64,000 nt of DNA from Paramoeba atlantica. Taxonomy: Eukaryota > Protista > Discosea. The notes under the pieces were generated by a model. That model was given only the letters and a program-made list of their open reading frames with translations, made no database searches and was not told where the DNA came from. Position 1 is the stretch's first letter; each line of letters starts with the position of its first letter. The stretch covers positions 62,001-126,000 of the forward strand of contig CDRNVI010000011.1 of the NCBI GenBank assembly GCA_977017575.1, in the 5' to 3' direction. This document shows, piece by piece, positions 44,133 to 54,939 of this stretch. Both the position numbers and the translations under genes were made by a program.

Positions 44133-44798
44133 ATGAATGCATTCACTACGTCGCACATGATGGAAGGAAATTCAGGAGCCCGTATGAGAGGTCCTCCCCC
44201 TGCCATGGGCACCTCACCCCAACCCACACCTCAATGGCAAAACGTTCGTGCACTGCTGCACTCCCTTCTTCAGGGGGGTTATGAATTATTTACCATGATG
44301 TTTACCGTATATCACACGTTTCGAGGTCTACAACGAATTCTACCTCCATCACTTGTGAGAGCCTCACGAAGGTTGTCACTTTTCGCCCTTCTCGCGGCGG
44401 CAGCATATTTTATAGAAAAGGCATTGTGGCAGGACGAGTCAAGAATAAAAATAAATCCGAGTAAGGCTATTGAGGAGAGTACAAAAGAAAAATCGGATAC
44501 CCAACGTGCACAAAAGGTAGAATCCTCAAAAGCCGGCAATAAGGAACATGACACGGGAGCTACTACACCCTCTCAAAACGTAGACCCAGGACTCCCCAAG
44601 GCAACTGTCCTGTACGACTTCAACGCACGAGATGAGAAGGAACTCTCTGTTGTCGCCGGGGAAGAGGTTTGGGTTCATACTGAGGACACCGATTCCTTAT
44701 GGACCCTGGCGCAGAAGCACTTAGCCCATGAGTCCATCCTCAAAGGTTGGATACCCTCATCTTATTTACGTATCGATGCTTGCGTTCCAAAATTGTAG
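44133..44798 (+). CDS. PEX13: PEX13.1-like SH3 membrane peroxin
   Basis: Central hydrophobic segments, C-terminal SH3 (VLYDFNARDEKELSV...W...GWIPSSYL) and terminal PKL tripeptide. Confidence 0.55.
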   Translation: MNAFTTSHMMEGNSGARMRGPPPAMGTSPQPTPQWQNVRALLHSLLQGGYELFTMMFTVYHTFRGLQRILPPSLVRASRRLSLFALLAAAAYFIEKALWQDESRIKINPSKAIEESTKEKSDTQRAQKVESSKAGNKEHDTGATTPSQNVDPGLPKATVLYDFNARDEKELSVVAGEEVWVHTEDTDSLWTLAQKHLAHESILKGWIPSSYLRIDACVPKL

Positions 44799-45050
44799 TC
44801 CAGTAAACGAAGTCCACACCAAATTGATTTGTGCTCGTGTCAACCAAGGTTTAGAGAAAGATGAGTAAACAGCAAATCGTAAAATACGAGTACCAGGGTA
44901 AAAAACTGTTTTTAACTATAAATCACCACGAACTAAACTACCTTCTATTTGAGATTTTAAAGTTCGAGGTCTTAGTTTACAGGTCACGTTTGTTTCTTCT
45001 AATGTAAATGCGGAACCCATCCCTCTGAAAAGATACACAGCAAACAGGCG

Positions 45051-46936
45051 ATGCCTCGCGCAGGGACACGGACACTAGTCGCTAGACGTCATTTACTCCA
45101 CCAATTTCTGCGCCAGTGCACCCAATGGGAACTCGCTATGTGCGCCGTAATGGACGCAATGCACCACCATGTGCCTCTGACCCCCGACACTACCTGCCGA
45201 CTCCTTGACGCTCTCCGAGCTCACAGTCCACGTCTCGAGCCCTTGCAGCACACCATGCAGTACTACCAGAAATATATCCACACGCCTGCTGAAAAAGAAG
45301 CAAACTTTCAGCTCTCTTCCCACCGCCCTCCCGCAGCCCCATTCCACTACCCCAACATCCCAACCTACCCCCCACAACCCACCCCCTTCTCCGCCCAGCA
45401 TGACCTCTTCCTACGTCCCTACCACACTTTTTACCGCGCCTGTCGATCCTTCGAAAACGGCTGGTTCGCGGCACTCTCCCTCTATCCCCCTGCCGAGGAC
45501 CGTGTCCCCATGACACACCCACCCTCCTCTCCCTCTCCCTCCTCCTCCTCTCCCCCACGTCTCTCCACACCCCCTCCGTCTACATCTAACACCACCCCAT
45601 CCCACCCCTACAGCCGCACCTCTACAGCTTCGACCACTACCTCCACCACCCCATCTCCCCCCCCACCGAACACTACACCTCACCACACGGCCTCTACCCC
45701 CACCATGGGCCCTACCTCTACCCCCTCCCCCTCCACCCCCTCCCCCCTCCCCGTACGCCTCACCCCCGCGAGCTACCTCCTCCTCCTCCCCCTCTGCACC
45801 CTCAGCGCCCAGTGGCCCCGTGCCGTCGCCCTCTTCCTCTCCCACCACCCCCACGCCCCCTCCCCCCCCCTCCCCTCCTCACCGCCCTGCTCCACGCCTA
45901 CGCGCTCGGGGCCCAGTGGCACAGCGCCTGCCACGCCCTGCTCCACCTCACGCGGTCCCCCCACGCGGTATCCCCCGTGGAGGCCCCCGCCTTCGACCGC
46001 GTCGTGCTGGCCTGTCACCGGGCCGCGCGGTACGAGAAGGTGGTCGCGGTGCTCCGGCACGTGCTGTCGGTTGGGGTGACCCCCCATGAGGCGGCGGTGC
46101 ATATGGGGCTGCACGCGGCGGAGGAGACCGGGGCGTGGGGGGTGGGGCTGGGGCTGCTGCGGGGGCTGCAGCGGAACGGGCTAAGGGTCGGGGCGTTGGA
46201 GTATGAGGAGGTGGTGAGGGCGCTGGGGAGGGGGAGGGGTAATGTGCTGTGCCCGAGTGCGGGGCCGTGGGAGGTGGGGATGGGGTTGCTGGGGGAGATG
46301 AGGGAGAGGGGGATGGTGCCGAGTGAGTATTTGGTGGAAAGGGTGTTTACGGCGTATTTGCAGTCAAGTGATGTGGGGAGTTCCGCACAAGCGCTGCGGT
46401 TGATGAATCGGGGGCTTTCCTCGGGGGCGTTGCGGGCGAATGCACCGGATTTGTATGCAAGTATTATGGGAAGAGCATTTACGGAAAGGAACTGGGCCGT
46501 TTTGTTTGCCATTCATGGACGGTTGATTGACAACTGTCGGCCACAACCACGGTGGGATCTCTCAAATATTCTGATCGCAGCCAACGTAGCTCAGGGACAC
46601 TGGATGCGAGCCATCGAGTTTTGGATGAAAGCCCGAGACGCGGGTCTGACACCTCTTAGTGTTGAAACGACCCGACTGGTTCGCTTTTCGGCGCATCATT
46701 GCGGGGATGACACACTCTGTACAGCCATGGAGGAGGAGTTAAACAAGGTTGATCCTCGAAAAGACCACACGCCTTCGGAGTATCTAGAGTTTGACGAGAT
46801 GTTTAAAACAATACTCCGACCTTATGGTAGGCAGGATACGCCTGGTACAATGGACGTGCCTGCTCTCCTCGGGGACGGCTCTGACAAGCCTGGATTAAAC
46901 ACCTTTAAAAGGCACAGACCAATGTTGAAGTCATGA
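45051..46936 (+). CDS. PPR protein (~628 aa) interrupted by a one-base frameshift in a C-run near 45862-45870
   Basis: xxWxxA PPR motifs occur in ORF 45051 up to AQWPRAVAL and continue in the -1 frame (LLTALLHAYALGAQWHSAC, GAWGVGL, GPWEVGM, GHWMRAI). Confidence 0.7.
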
Positions 46937-47200
46937 AAAAAGGACAGCTTTCGTTATTCATATCAGACTATACTTTTCAATTACATTTCCAGAGGTATGT
47001 AGGCGTTTCACTCGAAGTGATTAATAAATTTATGAGATATTAATAAATTTATGAGATTCTACATGCGATTTCTACGTGCAAATATTCAGCAAACCTGCAT
47101 GCAAATGCATTTGTTATGTCGTTAATGATAAATTTTTTGTGCTCCTATTTTATATTACGTAGTCATGTAATCAACCCCAGAGTAAGTACACCTAGCTTGC

Positions 47201-48748
47201 ATGTCTTCGGAAGTTTTGCACCTTTTGTGGCCGAGACATATCGAATGTTTAAGTGGATCATTTCTATGGGGGTACCGAAAGGAGAATTTCATATTGGTCA
47301 CCTGCACTTCAAATTCGAAAGATCTAAAGGAAGATTCTCTTTTGGGAAGGCTCGCATGGATGAGTTTGAAATCTTGCAGTGATACTCCACCCGCAGATTT
47401 AAAAACTTGTGAAGCTTCTGACGGTCTTCCAGATGATTGCTGGTGTATATTGGAGGACACCACTGAAAATAGTTTCGTTGCGTGCAAGCGTACTTTCCCT
47501 CCCACCAGGGCGAGTGAAAAAGCAAATTTTATTTCTAAGAATACTAAGATCCCTCAAATTGTGCTAATCTATACATACATTCCATCGGTTTCTTACCCAA
47601 GATGGCTTTTCGGAGGCCTAGGTTCCAAAATGAAGCCTCGCAGCAACTCTGCAATTTTATGTTTCTCACAGAGTCGAATAGCTCACATTGTCTCAAGGAT
47701 TGCCATCTGTGCGCAGTATCCTTTGAAAAGACTTTGTGATGTACCGATTTTTGTATTTAGAAAATTTGCACAATCAGTGGGAAAGCCACAGTCGTTGCAA
47801 TGCATAGAAGCAAGGTGTCGTCGCGTATTTCACACAGGAATATATTTTGCGCTGCTTTTAGAACTAGTGGACATATTTCTTGGGGTATGGTTCCTCACCT
47901 CGCTGCTCCCATTTATATCCCATTTAAAGTCCCTTCTCGCAGATCTCCTGTACAACGAACCGGTAGAGTATCTCCAGTGGTTTCGTGGATGGCCAGCTGG
48001 ATTTAAGTCCAACGAGGCATTAAATGAGCTACATGCCGACACAGCATTATTTGTCGTAAAGACTTTCCTCCCGGTATTTAGTACTTTCGTTGAGAGCACC
48101 GCCGTGCTTTACAGTCTTCAATGTTTGGTGCCATTCGGTCTCTCGTTTATTCTGTGTGTCATGTCGGATTTTATTTCATTTCTGTCATTGCATATTTACC
48201 TTGTGCACAGCTTCCTGGCTTACTTTTATCACACAGTGTTAATATTTATTCGTTCTCTTTTTCGCGTATTCCGAGGTAAGAAAAAAAATCCTTTGCGCGG
48301 CAATCGTGTTGACACCGTCGACTTTCAACTCGATCGTTTCCTTCTCGGGACATTGCTGTTTACCCCGCTATGCTTTTTATACCCAACCATTGCACTATAC
48401 TACTTTTATTACACAATACTGGTACTCAAAGTAGGATTACTTCGCGTGTTTATGGTCACAATGGCCGCGCTTGTCGTAAATAATCCTGTTATGTGGACTC
48501 TACATTGGATGCAACATCGAAGTAACTATCCCGTAAGTGTTCACATGCAAACACTTTCATCTGGGGTAACAACTATAAGCCCAAAGTCCATACCTTGGTG
48601 GAGGTACCTATGCAAGGAATGTGACATCTTACGTTCGATCTTGAAACAATATTTTGGATCGCTTTCGATAGTTTCCACTATATATGGTGAATGGAGGGGC
48701 GTGACTCTTTTTCCGTGTAGTACTCCGCTTTTTCATAAAAAGGGATAA
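47201..48748 (+). CDS. GPI1: GPI-GlcNAc transferase subunit GPI1/PIG-Q
   Basis: WFRGWPAGFKSN and FRGKKKNPLRGNRVD...DRFLLGTLLFT, with multiple TM helices. Confidence 0.9.
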   Translation: MSSEVLHLLWPRHIECLSGSFLWGYRKENFILVTCTSNSKDLKEDSLLGRLAWMSLKSCSDTPPADLKTCEASDGLPDDCWCILEDTTENSFVACKRTFPPTRASEKANFISKNTKIPQIVLIYTYIPSVSYPRWLFGGLGSKMKPRSNSAILCFSQSRIAHIVSRIAICAQYPLKRLCDVPIFVFRKFAQSVGKPQSLQCIEARCRRVFHTGIYFALLLELVDIFLGVWFLTSLLPFISHLKSLLADLLYNEPVEYLQWFRGWPAGFKSNEALNELHADTALFVVKTFLPVFSTFVESTAVLYSLQCLVPFGLSFILCVMSDFISFLSLHIYLVHSFLAYFYHTVLIFIRSLFRVFRGKKKNPLRGNRVDTVDFQLDRFLLGTLLFTPLCFLYPTIALYYFYYTILVLKVGLLRVFMVTMAALVVNNPVMWTLHWMQHRSNYPVSVHMQTLSSGVTTISPKSIPWWRYLCKECDILRSILKQYFGSLSIVSTIYGEWRGVTLFPCSTPLFHKKG

Positions 48749-49005
48749 ATCGAATGATAGTAGCTTATCAGCAAAATGTTTTGTGAAGATGATTATTGAT
48801 ACACGGTTCGTATGCCCACCGTATACGAGCGTGTATGCACATCACATTTACAATGCTTATGTAATTGTTTATTTTGATTATTTGCATGACGCATGTGTCA
48901 ACTTTATGTAAGTTCTTTAATAAAAATAATAGAAAATACTGACTTAAAGTACCCCAATACTAACACTTTTGATATCATCCACGTTGAGAACGAGAACCAT
49001 TTTCA

Positions 49006-49452
49006 ATGAGTGCGATACAGCATGAGGAGTCTCCATTTTCTCGGCAAAGCTCTGGCCCGAATACAATGCATCGCATATTAGACGAGGACTACGCGATGAT
49101 TGACAGCAGAGGGGCACGTTCGGTCCCCCATTGGGTCCAAGCGGATCTGAACAACGTTTTGAAAGGCGAGATTTCTCGGACTTGTTATGAACATGAAAAG
49201 GCTATGGCGCGATGCACGCAGGACAAGCAATGGACCTTGTGGAAATGTCAAAGAGAGCGAGATGCGTATTACCGATGCTTACGGGATGAAAAGAAAAAGA
49301 ACGCCGCGCAACGACTTAGTGACATTCACTGGAAGTATTGTCTGGGGACGTATGGGGGCGAGTATTCTGGACGTAAAAAATTGATGCAGGCATTGTGGAA
49401 AGAATACTTTCCCGATCGCTCCATACCACACGAATGGGCAAGTGAGGAGTAA
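49006..49452 (+). CDS. twin CX9C intermembrane-space protein (CMC1-like)
   Basis: CYEHEKAMARC and CQRERDAYYRC. Confidence 0.7.
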   Translation: MSAIQHEESPFSRQSSGPNTMHRILDEDYAMIDSRGARSVPHWVQADLNNVLKGEISRTCYEHEKAMARCTQDKQWTLWKCQRERDAYYRCLRDEKKKNAAQRLSDIHWKYCLGTYGGEYSGRKKLMQALWKEYFPDRSIPHEWASEE

Positions 49453-49994
49453 ATAGTACATCCCAGTAACTTCACTTCAGAGTTTGTTTAAAAGAGTTAT
49501 GTTGCAGGAAAGCGTGCAATGCCAAGTTTAAGTAAACCAGTCCAATTCGTCTGACTATTTAGCTTTGACACAGATACACAATTGGTGTATGTCAAACTGT
49601 ACTGAGTCCACTCAGACGATACATGCACTCTGTCGCGCTCATGCAAACAGATTTTCCTGTGCATTCCGATACGCTTCAGCGTTGACTTGACTTGTTAAAG
49701 CGCAGTATGCACCACATCATGAGCATACACTGTATTTTTTATACATTGTGTATGTTGTCACACATACAATTTCGTTTCTCTTGTTACTGTATACAATGTA
49801 CATTGTACTGAATGTGCATTGTATTGAATGCGTCCTTTGTTCTAATGAATAATGTTTGGCGTCCTACAAATTTGATTTATGTCACTGTACAGACACTAGA
49901 TTATCTAGCGCCTCTAAGACAACATGCCGATAGATTATTTTAGTTACCTAGAAGCACTCAAAAGGCATTTTTTTTCTAATTAAATACCCTGTAA

Positions 49995-51797
49995 ATGAAG
50001 CGCACCTACGAGTCTGTCCACCATGCTCAAAACAAAGAAATATATCCAAAGAAGCAACGAGAAAAATCCGAGTCTGAAGCTGTTCCCAATGTATCAATAG
50101 ATGAGCTTTCTGAGGTCATCTTGGGTACTAGATCTGCATCTCGATCTGTTTCTTTAAAATCTGATAATGTATCCTCTACAAGTAATGTATCTCAGTCTTC
50201 TGATCACAATACAAAAGACAATAAAATAGAAAAATCACATAGTAATATCGATCGGACTGATGGGGCTCTTGTCCCGTATACTAATGCAGTGCCGAGTAGT
50301 TTCGTACCTTTTCTTCGTGCTTTCAATTTTGTTCCCTCCGCTAGATATCTCTCACAATCCATTGCTGAAACCCTGTTCCCCAGACTCCTCCCCGAGGCCC
50401 AAGACGCTGCACGGAGACTCTACATCGGGGGCCTCCCCCAGGGCACCACCGACCTTGACGTGTGTCACTTTTTTCATTCCTCTCTTCCCCCCTCCCCGAG
50501 CGTTTCCTCAGGAAGCGATGATGCGTCCCAGCCCCCTGTGGTGCGGGTAGAGATGGCTGGCGATCTCACCCAGCCCTACCGTTACTGTTTTGTGTATTTC
50601 CGACACGAACGGTATGCTGTGGCAGCGCTCGCCCTGGACACCGCCCCGTTCACCAACCGACACCGTGCCACAGGGCTGTTAAAGGTACGAAAAGTGAAGA
50701 ACGCCCCGGAGGACCCGATGGGGGAGACTCCGATTCCATGCCTTGCCTATGTTGCAGGGCTTCCGGTATCGGAGGGTGATAAAAACGCGCTGGTTGAAAT
50801 GTTTTCAGACCCGGAAATTGGAAATGTACAAGATGTGTGGTTTCTCTCTGCTGGGGAGTCTTCTGCGCAAAATTCGGGGTGTGCTTTTTTTCTGTATGAT
50901 ACTCCGGAGGGGGTGAAGAATCTTATTGCCGCCTTGGACGGGGAGGAATGGAATGGGATCGCGCTGCATTGTCGGGTGGCGACTCACTGCGATCGCTGGA
51001 GCACCGTTCAGCGCAATTTGTTGTCAATTCCCGATGGACTGTTGCGGTTGCTGTCGTCTGTTTGTCCTCCATCGATTTTGTCACAGTATACGGCAGCGAC
51101 GGATCGGACCGTTGCGTCTAGCGCATCGCTCATTTGCGCCGAGGATGCAGGGCACGAGGCTCGTAAGAATGCTTTTCTTAAAGCACTGTTGCACCCTGAT
51201 GAGAATATAGAAGGAGTGGTTCAAAGGTACTTCCGCGGACGTAGACTACGAGGGCCCACACGCGTTCTTGTGCTGCTCAATCTTGTGGATGAGTCGGAAC
51301 TCGACGATGATGAGGATTTTGAAAATTTGCGCGAAGACATTGAGTCGGAGCTAGAGACTTATGGGTGCTTAGAAGAGTTAATTATCACAAGGTATCCACC
51401 AAAAGTTCCCACTCGAGCACCAGAGAGTCAAAAACCGTTAGCCATAACGGATAGCGGAGAGAAGGGTACCTCTGTACCCTTGTCAACCGACGAAACTTTT
51501 GACGACGCCATGGAAAAGTTTTTTCGGGAGTTGAAACACCCGGTGCGTGGCGCAGTTGGCCGAGCTTTCGCCGTATATCGCACATCGCAGGAAGCTACCT
51601 TGGCGCAACAAACACTTTCCGGTCGGAGATTTAATGGCCGAACCGTAATATGTTCCTATGTTGATGAAGAAGCGGTCTACCCTGGCTTATCAACAACATC
51701 TGCACAACTGTTACTGGAGGATGACTTGTCTTCTCCAACTCTCGCTATTACCTATAAGGAGGAGGATTGTACCGCAAATCCTGCTGCAAAAACATAA
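49995..51797 (+). CDS. U2AF65: U2AF large subunit-like RRM protein
   Basis: RRLYIGGLP RRM1, second RRM, and C-terminal UHM (VLVLLNLV..EL.DD..FE.LREDIESE...YG; LSGRRFNGRTV). Confidence 0.8.
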   Translation: MKRTYESVHHAQNKEIYPKKQREKSESEAVPNVSIDELSEVILGTRSASRSVSLKSDNVSSTSNVSQSSDHNTKDNKIEKSHSNIDRTDGALVPYTNAVPSSFVPFLRAFNFVPSARYLSQSIAETLFPRLLPEAQDAARRLYIGGLPQGTTDLDVCHFFHSSLPPSPSVSSGSDDASQPPVVRVEMAGDLTQPYRYCFVYFRHERYAVAALALDTAPFTNRHRATGLLKVRKVKNAPEDPMGETPIPCLAYVAGLPVSEGDKNALVEMFSDPEIGNVQDVWFLSAGESSAQNSGCAFFLYDTPEGVKNLIAALDGEEWNGIALHCRVATHCDRWSTVQRNLLSIPDGLLRLLSSVCPPSILSQYTAATDRTVASSASLICAEDAGHEARKNAFLKALLHPDENIEGVVQRYFRGRRLRGPTRVLVLLNLVDESELDDDEDFENLREDIESELETYGCLEELIITRYPPKVPTRAPESQKPLAITDSGEKGTSVPLSTDETFDDAMEKFFRELKHPVRGAVGRAFAVYRTSQEATLAQQTLSGRRFNGRTVICSYVDEEAVYPGLSTTSAQLLLEDDLSSPTLAITYKEEDCTANPAAKT

Positions 51798-52059
51798 ATC
51801 TATTTTTCTCCGCCAAGTAAGTGCGATGTTCAACATCGGATATTCTACCCGGACTCAGAGAGCTTTCTTTCTTACGTATAAGTTGAAAAAAGTTCCCTCT
51901 GTTGCTCTCTATTTTATGTATATTTTTATGAATACATTTTTGTGTATATTTTCTATGAAATCGTATTTTTTACTTTTGAATTTATCTGGAACATAGTTTT
52001 TTACTTTTCCTTTTACTCCACTGCATAGGCGGGAATTCTGCCTAATACTCAACGGATGA

Positions 52060-52575
52060 ATGTCCAACCCATCGTGGTCCTTAGTTGCAAGGGACCGACT
52101 GGAATATGTGGCTGCACAACTAGGACCATTGCCTAATGCTGTATCAACTCACTGCCTAGTCGCGTTTTTTCATCAAGCATGCGACACCCTTGTCAGGATT
52201 GTACCTGTTTTCAATGCCCGAGGTCAATATTTTAGATTTGGGTGGGATTTCATTTACTTTATATGGCTTCCAGGAAACCGTGTGATTATTCCAGTCACAT
52301 CCGACTTCAAACTAAGTTTGGAAAAGCTAGCCACTTTCATTGGAATTTTTTCCTGCTCACTGAATGAAATCCAGGACATCATCCTACATGGTAACCAACG
52401 GGATGTACAAGCTGAGTTTGATATATTCGCCGATATCCACGAAAAATACTGCACACTTTGTCCATGCACACAACTCAACCTGCTGACAGTGACCACCAAA
52501 ATAATATTGGCCGTGGTAGATACGGATGGGGACATTATCTTCGAGGAAATTACGTGCCATTATTTTGAGAAATAA
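52060..52575 (+). CDS. tRNA-splicing endonuclease subunit Sen15-like (tentative)
   Basis: IIPV...LSLEKL and KIILAVVDTDGDIIF resemble the Sen15 core pattern. Confidence 0.5.
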   Translation: MSNPSWSLVARDRLEYVAAQLGPLPNAVSTHCLVAFFHQACDTLVRIVPVFNARGQYFRFGWDFIYFIWLPGNRVIIPVTSDFKLSLEKLATFIGIFSCSLNEIQDIILHGNQRDVQAEFDIFADIHEKYCTLCPCTQLNLLTVTTKIILAVVDTDGDIIFEEITCHYFEK

Positions 52576-52589
52576 TGAATTCAGCATTA

Positions 52590-52923
52590 CCGTCAAAGTA
52601 CTTATTAACAGAATAAAAATCAATGGAATAAAAATTAACGGAATAATTTTTTTTTTTTAAGATTTTCACCAAAATCTTCCCAAACATTTTAGTCAGTTGG
52701 CGGTCTGTTCATCAACAAAATTCGAAGTATTTCTGTCGTGAAAAAAAAGCGATGTTACCGCGAAAAGATGAATCGATTAAGACGTATCAGCAGAACGTTT
52801 CTCTTGACGCTTAAAGTTTTGTAGAAATTTAGTAAAAATCATTGGAATAATAATTAACGGAATAATTTCTGCCCAAAAAAACATTCCGTTAATTATTATT
52901 ATTGTTAATAAGTACTTTGACGG
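52590..52923. mobile_element. MITE (334 bp), TA target duplication
   Basis: Perfect 21-bp TIR CCGTCAAAGTACTTATTAACA, TA on both sides, and internal ATTAACGGAAT repeats. Confidence 0.92.
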
Positions 52924-53536
52924 TAGTTTCCGTTTTTAATCGAAATGCTTTATAAATTCTTCGATAAAGTACATCGAGTAGTTCGTACTTTGAAACGTGT
53001 AGATTCAGTTTTATGTTACGCTACAAGGTGAATGACCAGAAGAATCAGAACAGCTAGAAGAAGCAGAGTACATAGAGTAATCCGATAAGAACGACAAGAT
53101 GTCTTCCTTCGGCGAGTAGCATTTGTTTCAAAATTAGATTTCATCGGTTCAGAATAATCTGATTCCATTTCATCTGATGGATGATAATCGGTATTGTCTC
53201 CTTCCGAAAGAGTCGCCCGCTCGACAGTTCTGCACTATCGTTACAACTCATAGGTTGATCAAAGGAATAGAACCGGAGAAATGTACTGAAATCTCGAGAA
53301 ATATTAAAATTTGGAGAACGTTTCTTAATGATTTTTAAAAATCTTCAAGCCCTGTTAATTAAACAAAAAGAGGATAAAATGCAAATAACTACTATATTGG
53401 TCTTATTTAAAACAAGTCACATTCTGTGTAGGTCCCATTCTGTGTGTTGGTCCCATTTTTGGTGAACGGGGTTGTACGTAGATTGTTTTGAAGCGAAGGG
53501 GGTGAAGATAATAGATATAAACCATATACCCATTTA

Positions 53537-53792
53537 ACATACCCCCCCCCGGTATGTTATCAAGGTATAGGTATGTTAAGTAGACTGGTAATGAAATAGG
53601 AAAGGAAAAAAATCACTATCACAGTTAGAACCTGTATCTAAAGATGTACCGCGTGTAGTAGTAAATGCTAAAACCTATCAAAATACATCTAAGAACGCAT
53701 AAAAGAAACATTTTGTTAAAAAAGTACGTGATATTACGGTTGGATTTTTGTACGGTTGCACAAAAAAAGCCGTGGGACGAGGGGGGGTATGT
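53537..53792. mobile_element. MITE (~256 bp) with ACATACCCCCCC TIR
   Basis: TA|ACATACCCCCCCCC ... GGGGGGGTATGT|TA; it can also be read as TTAA-flanked. The same end motif recurs at 53812 and 20817. Confidence 0.75.
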
Positions 53793-54801
53793 TAAGTGTT
53801 GCAGCCCAGAATAACATACCCCCCCGGTATGTTATCCAAGGTATAGGTATGTTAAAGGGATATGTGGTTTACTACGCAATAATGCCACTGATTCCTAAAA
53901 TGCTATGACATTAGTATGAGTTAATAGTGCATGCGTAGTACAATAAACCCCTGGAAAATCGGAAGCACTCCGAGGACTTACGCGACACCGAGTAAAAACC
54001 ACAAAAAACCCCAGTTAGTAGAGTAAAACCCGAACTGTTGAAATATTTTTCAAGATCGGCTATCCGCTGAATCGACTCCGCTGTTCAAACCTCTTGATGT
54101 TCATTTTTGTCTGACATATCAACTGTCAATGTGATATCGATAGGTGCTGACATTTCGAAATCCCGAACAACTGAAAACTCAAATCAATTTGAGTATTTTT
54201 CTCGGCAAAAATGATATTAATTAAATAATATCCGTAATTGCGGTGGTTGTATAACTACCGCTCTACCCTCGATTATTGAAAAAAAGTTAACAAGAACAAT
54301 GAAAATATAAAGAGGAACACAGTAATACTACTATATATAGAAGAAGAAAATATTAAAGCGTGGTCCAAAACTGAAAAAAAAGTCGGAAAAATGAGGGGTC
54401 CAGGGGGGTATACGTTGCGATTTTTTTTTCGAATTTTTTGCTTTTCAAAATAGAGTGCAGGGAAGTGTTAGAGTATGCCGCGGAGATAATTTCCCACCCC
54501 CCACCTGGTGGTACCCCCCACCTGGTACGCGCAGGAGGGGTCGGACAAGGTCAAAATTTCCGAAATTTTTGGGATGACTAAAAAAAAGTAAAAGTACCAT
54601 TTTTCCAAAGTGGACTCCTAAAACGTATTTTGAGAATTCGGAACCTCATCTACCATTCTATGACGTTTTTTTCGACAGATTCGCCTCCTACCCCTCTGGT
54701 AACACATCAAAACCGGCCCAAATTCGGGTTAAAATTTCGCAATTTTGGCTCAAAAATTAGTGATTTTCACCCAAAAATTAGTTATTCATGATTTTTTCAC
54801 G

Positions 54802-54917
54802 ATTTTTCTTTTTTAGTGGCTTCGTTAAACGCGGAAGCAGTTTTCAACGCGAAGTATGAGTGAGTTCTAAGTTGAAAACAACCGCCGCGTTTAATGAAGC
54901 CACTAAAAAAGAAAAAT
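54802..54917. repeat. long inverted repeat / foldback hairpin
   Basis: 33-bp outer stem (one G-T), 5-nt internal loop, 9-bp inner stem and 22-nt loop. Confidence 0.85.
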
Positions 54918-54939
54918 TAAATACGAACGTAATTAAATA

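Noticed and set aside
53534-53795. piggyBac element based on TTAA flanks
   Set aside because: The ends do not begin with CCC, other copies of the end motif are preceded by ATAA rather than TTAA, and no piggyBac transposase is present. A TA duplication is more parsimonious.
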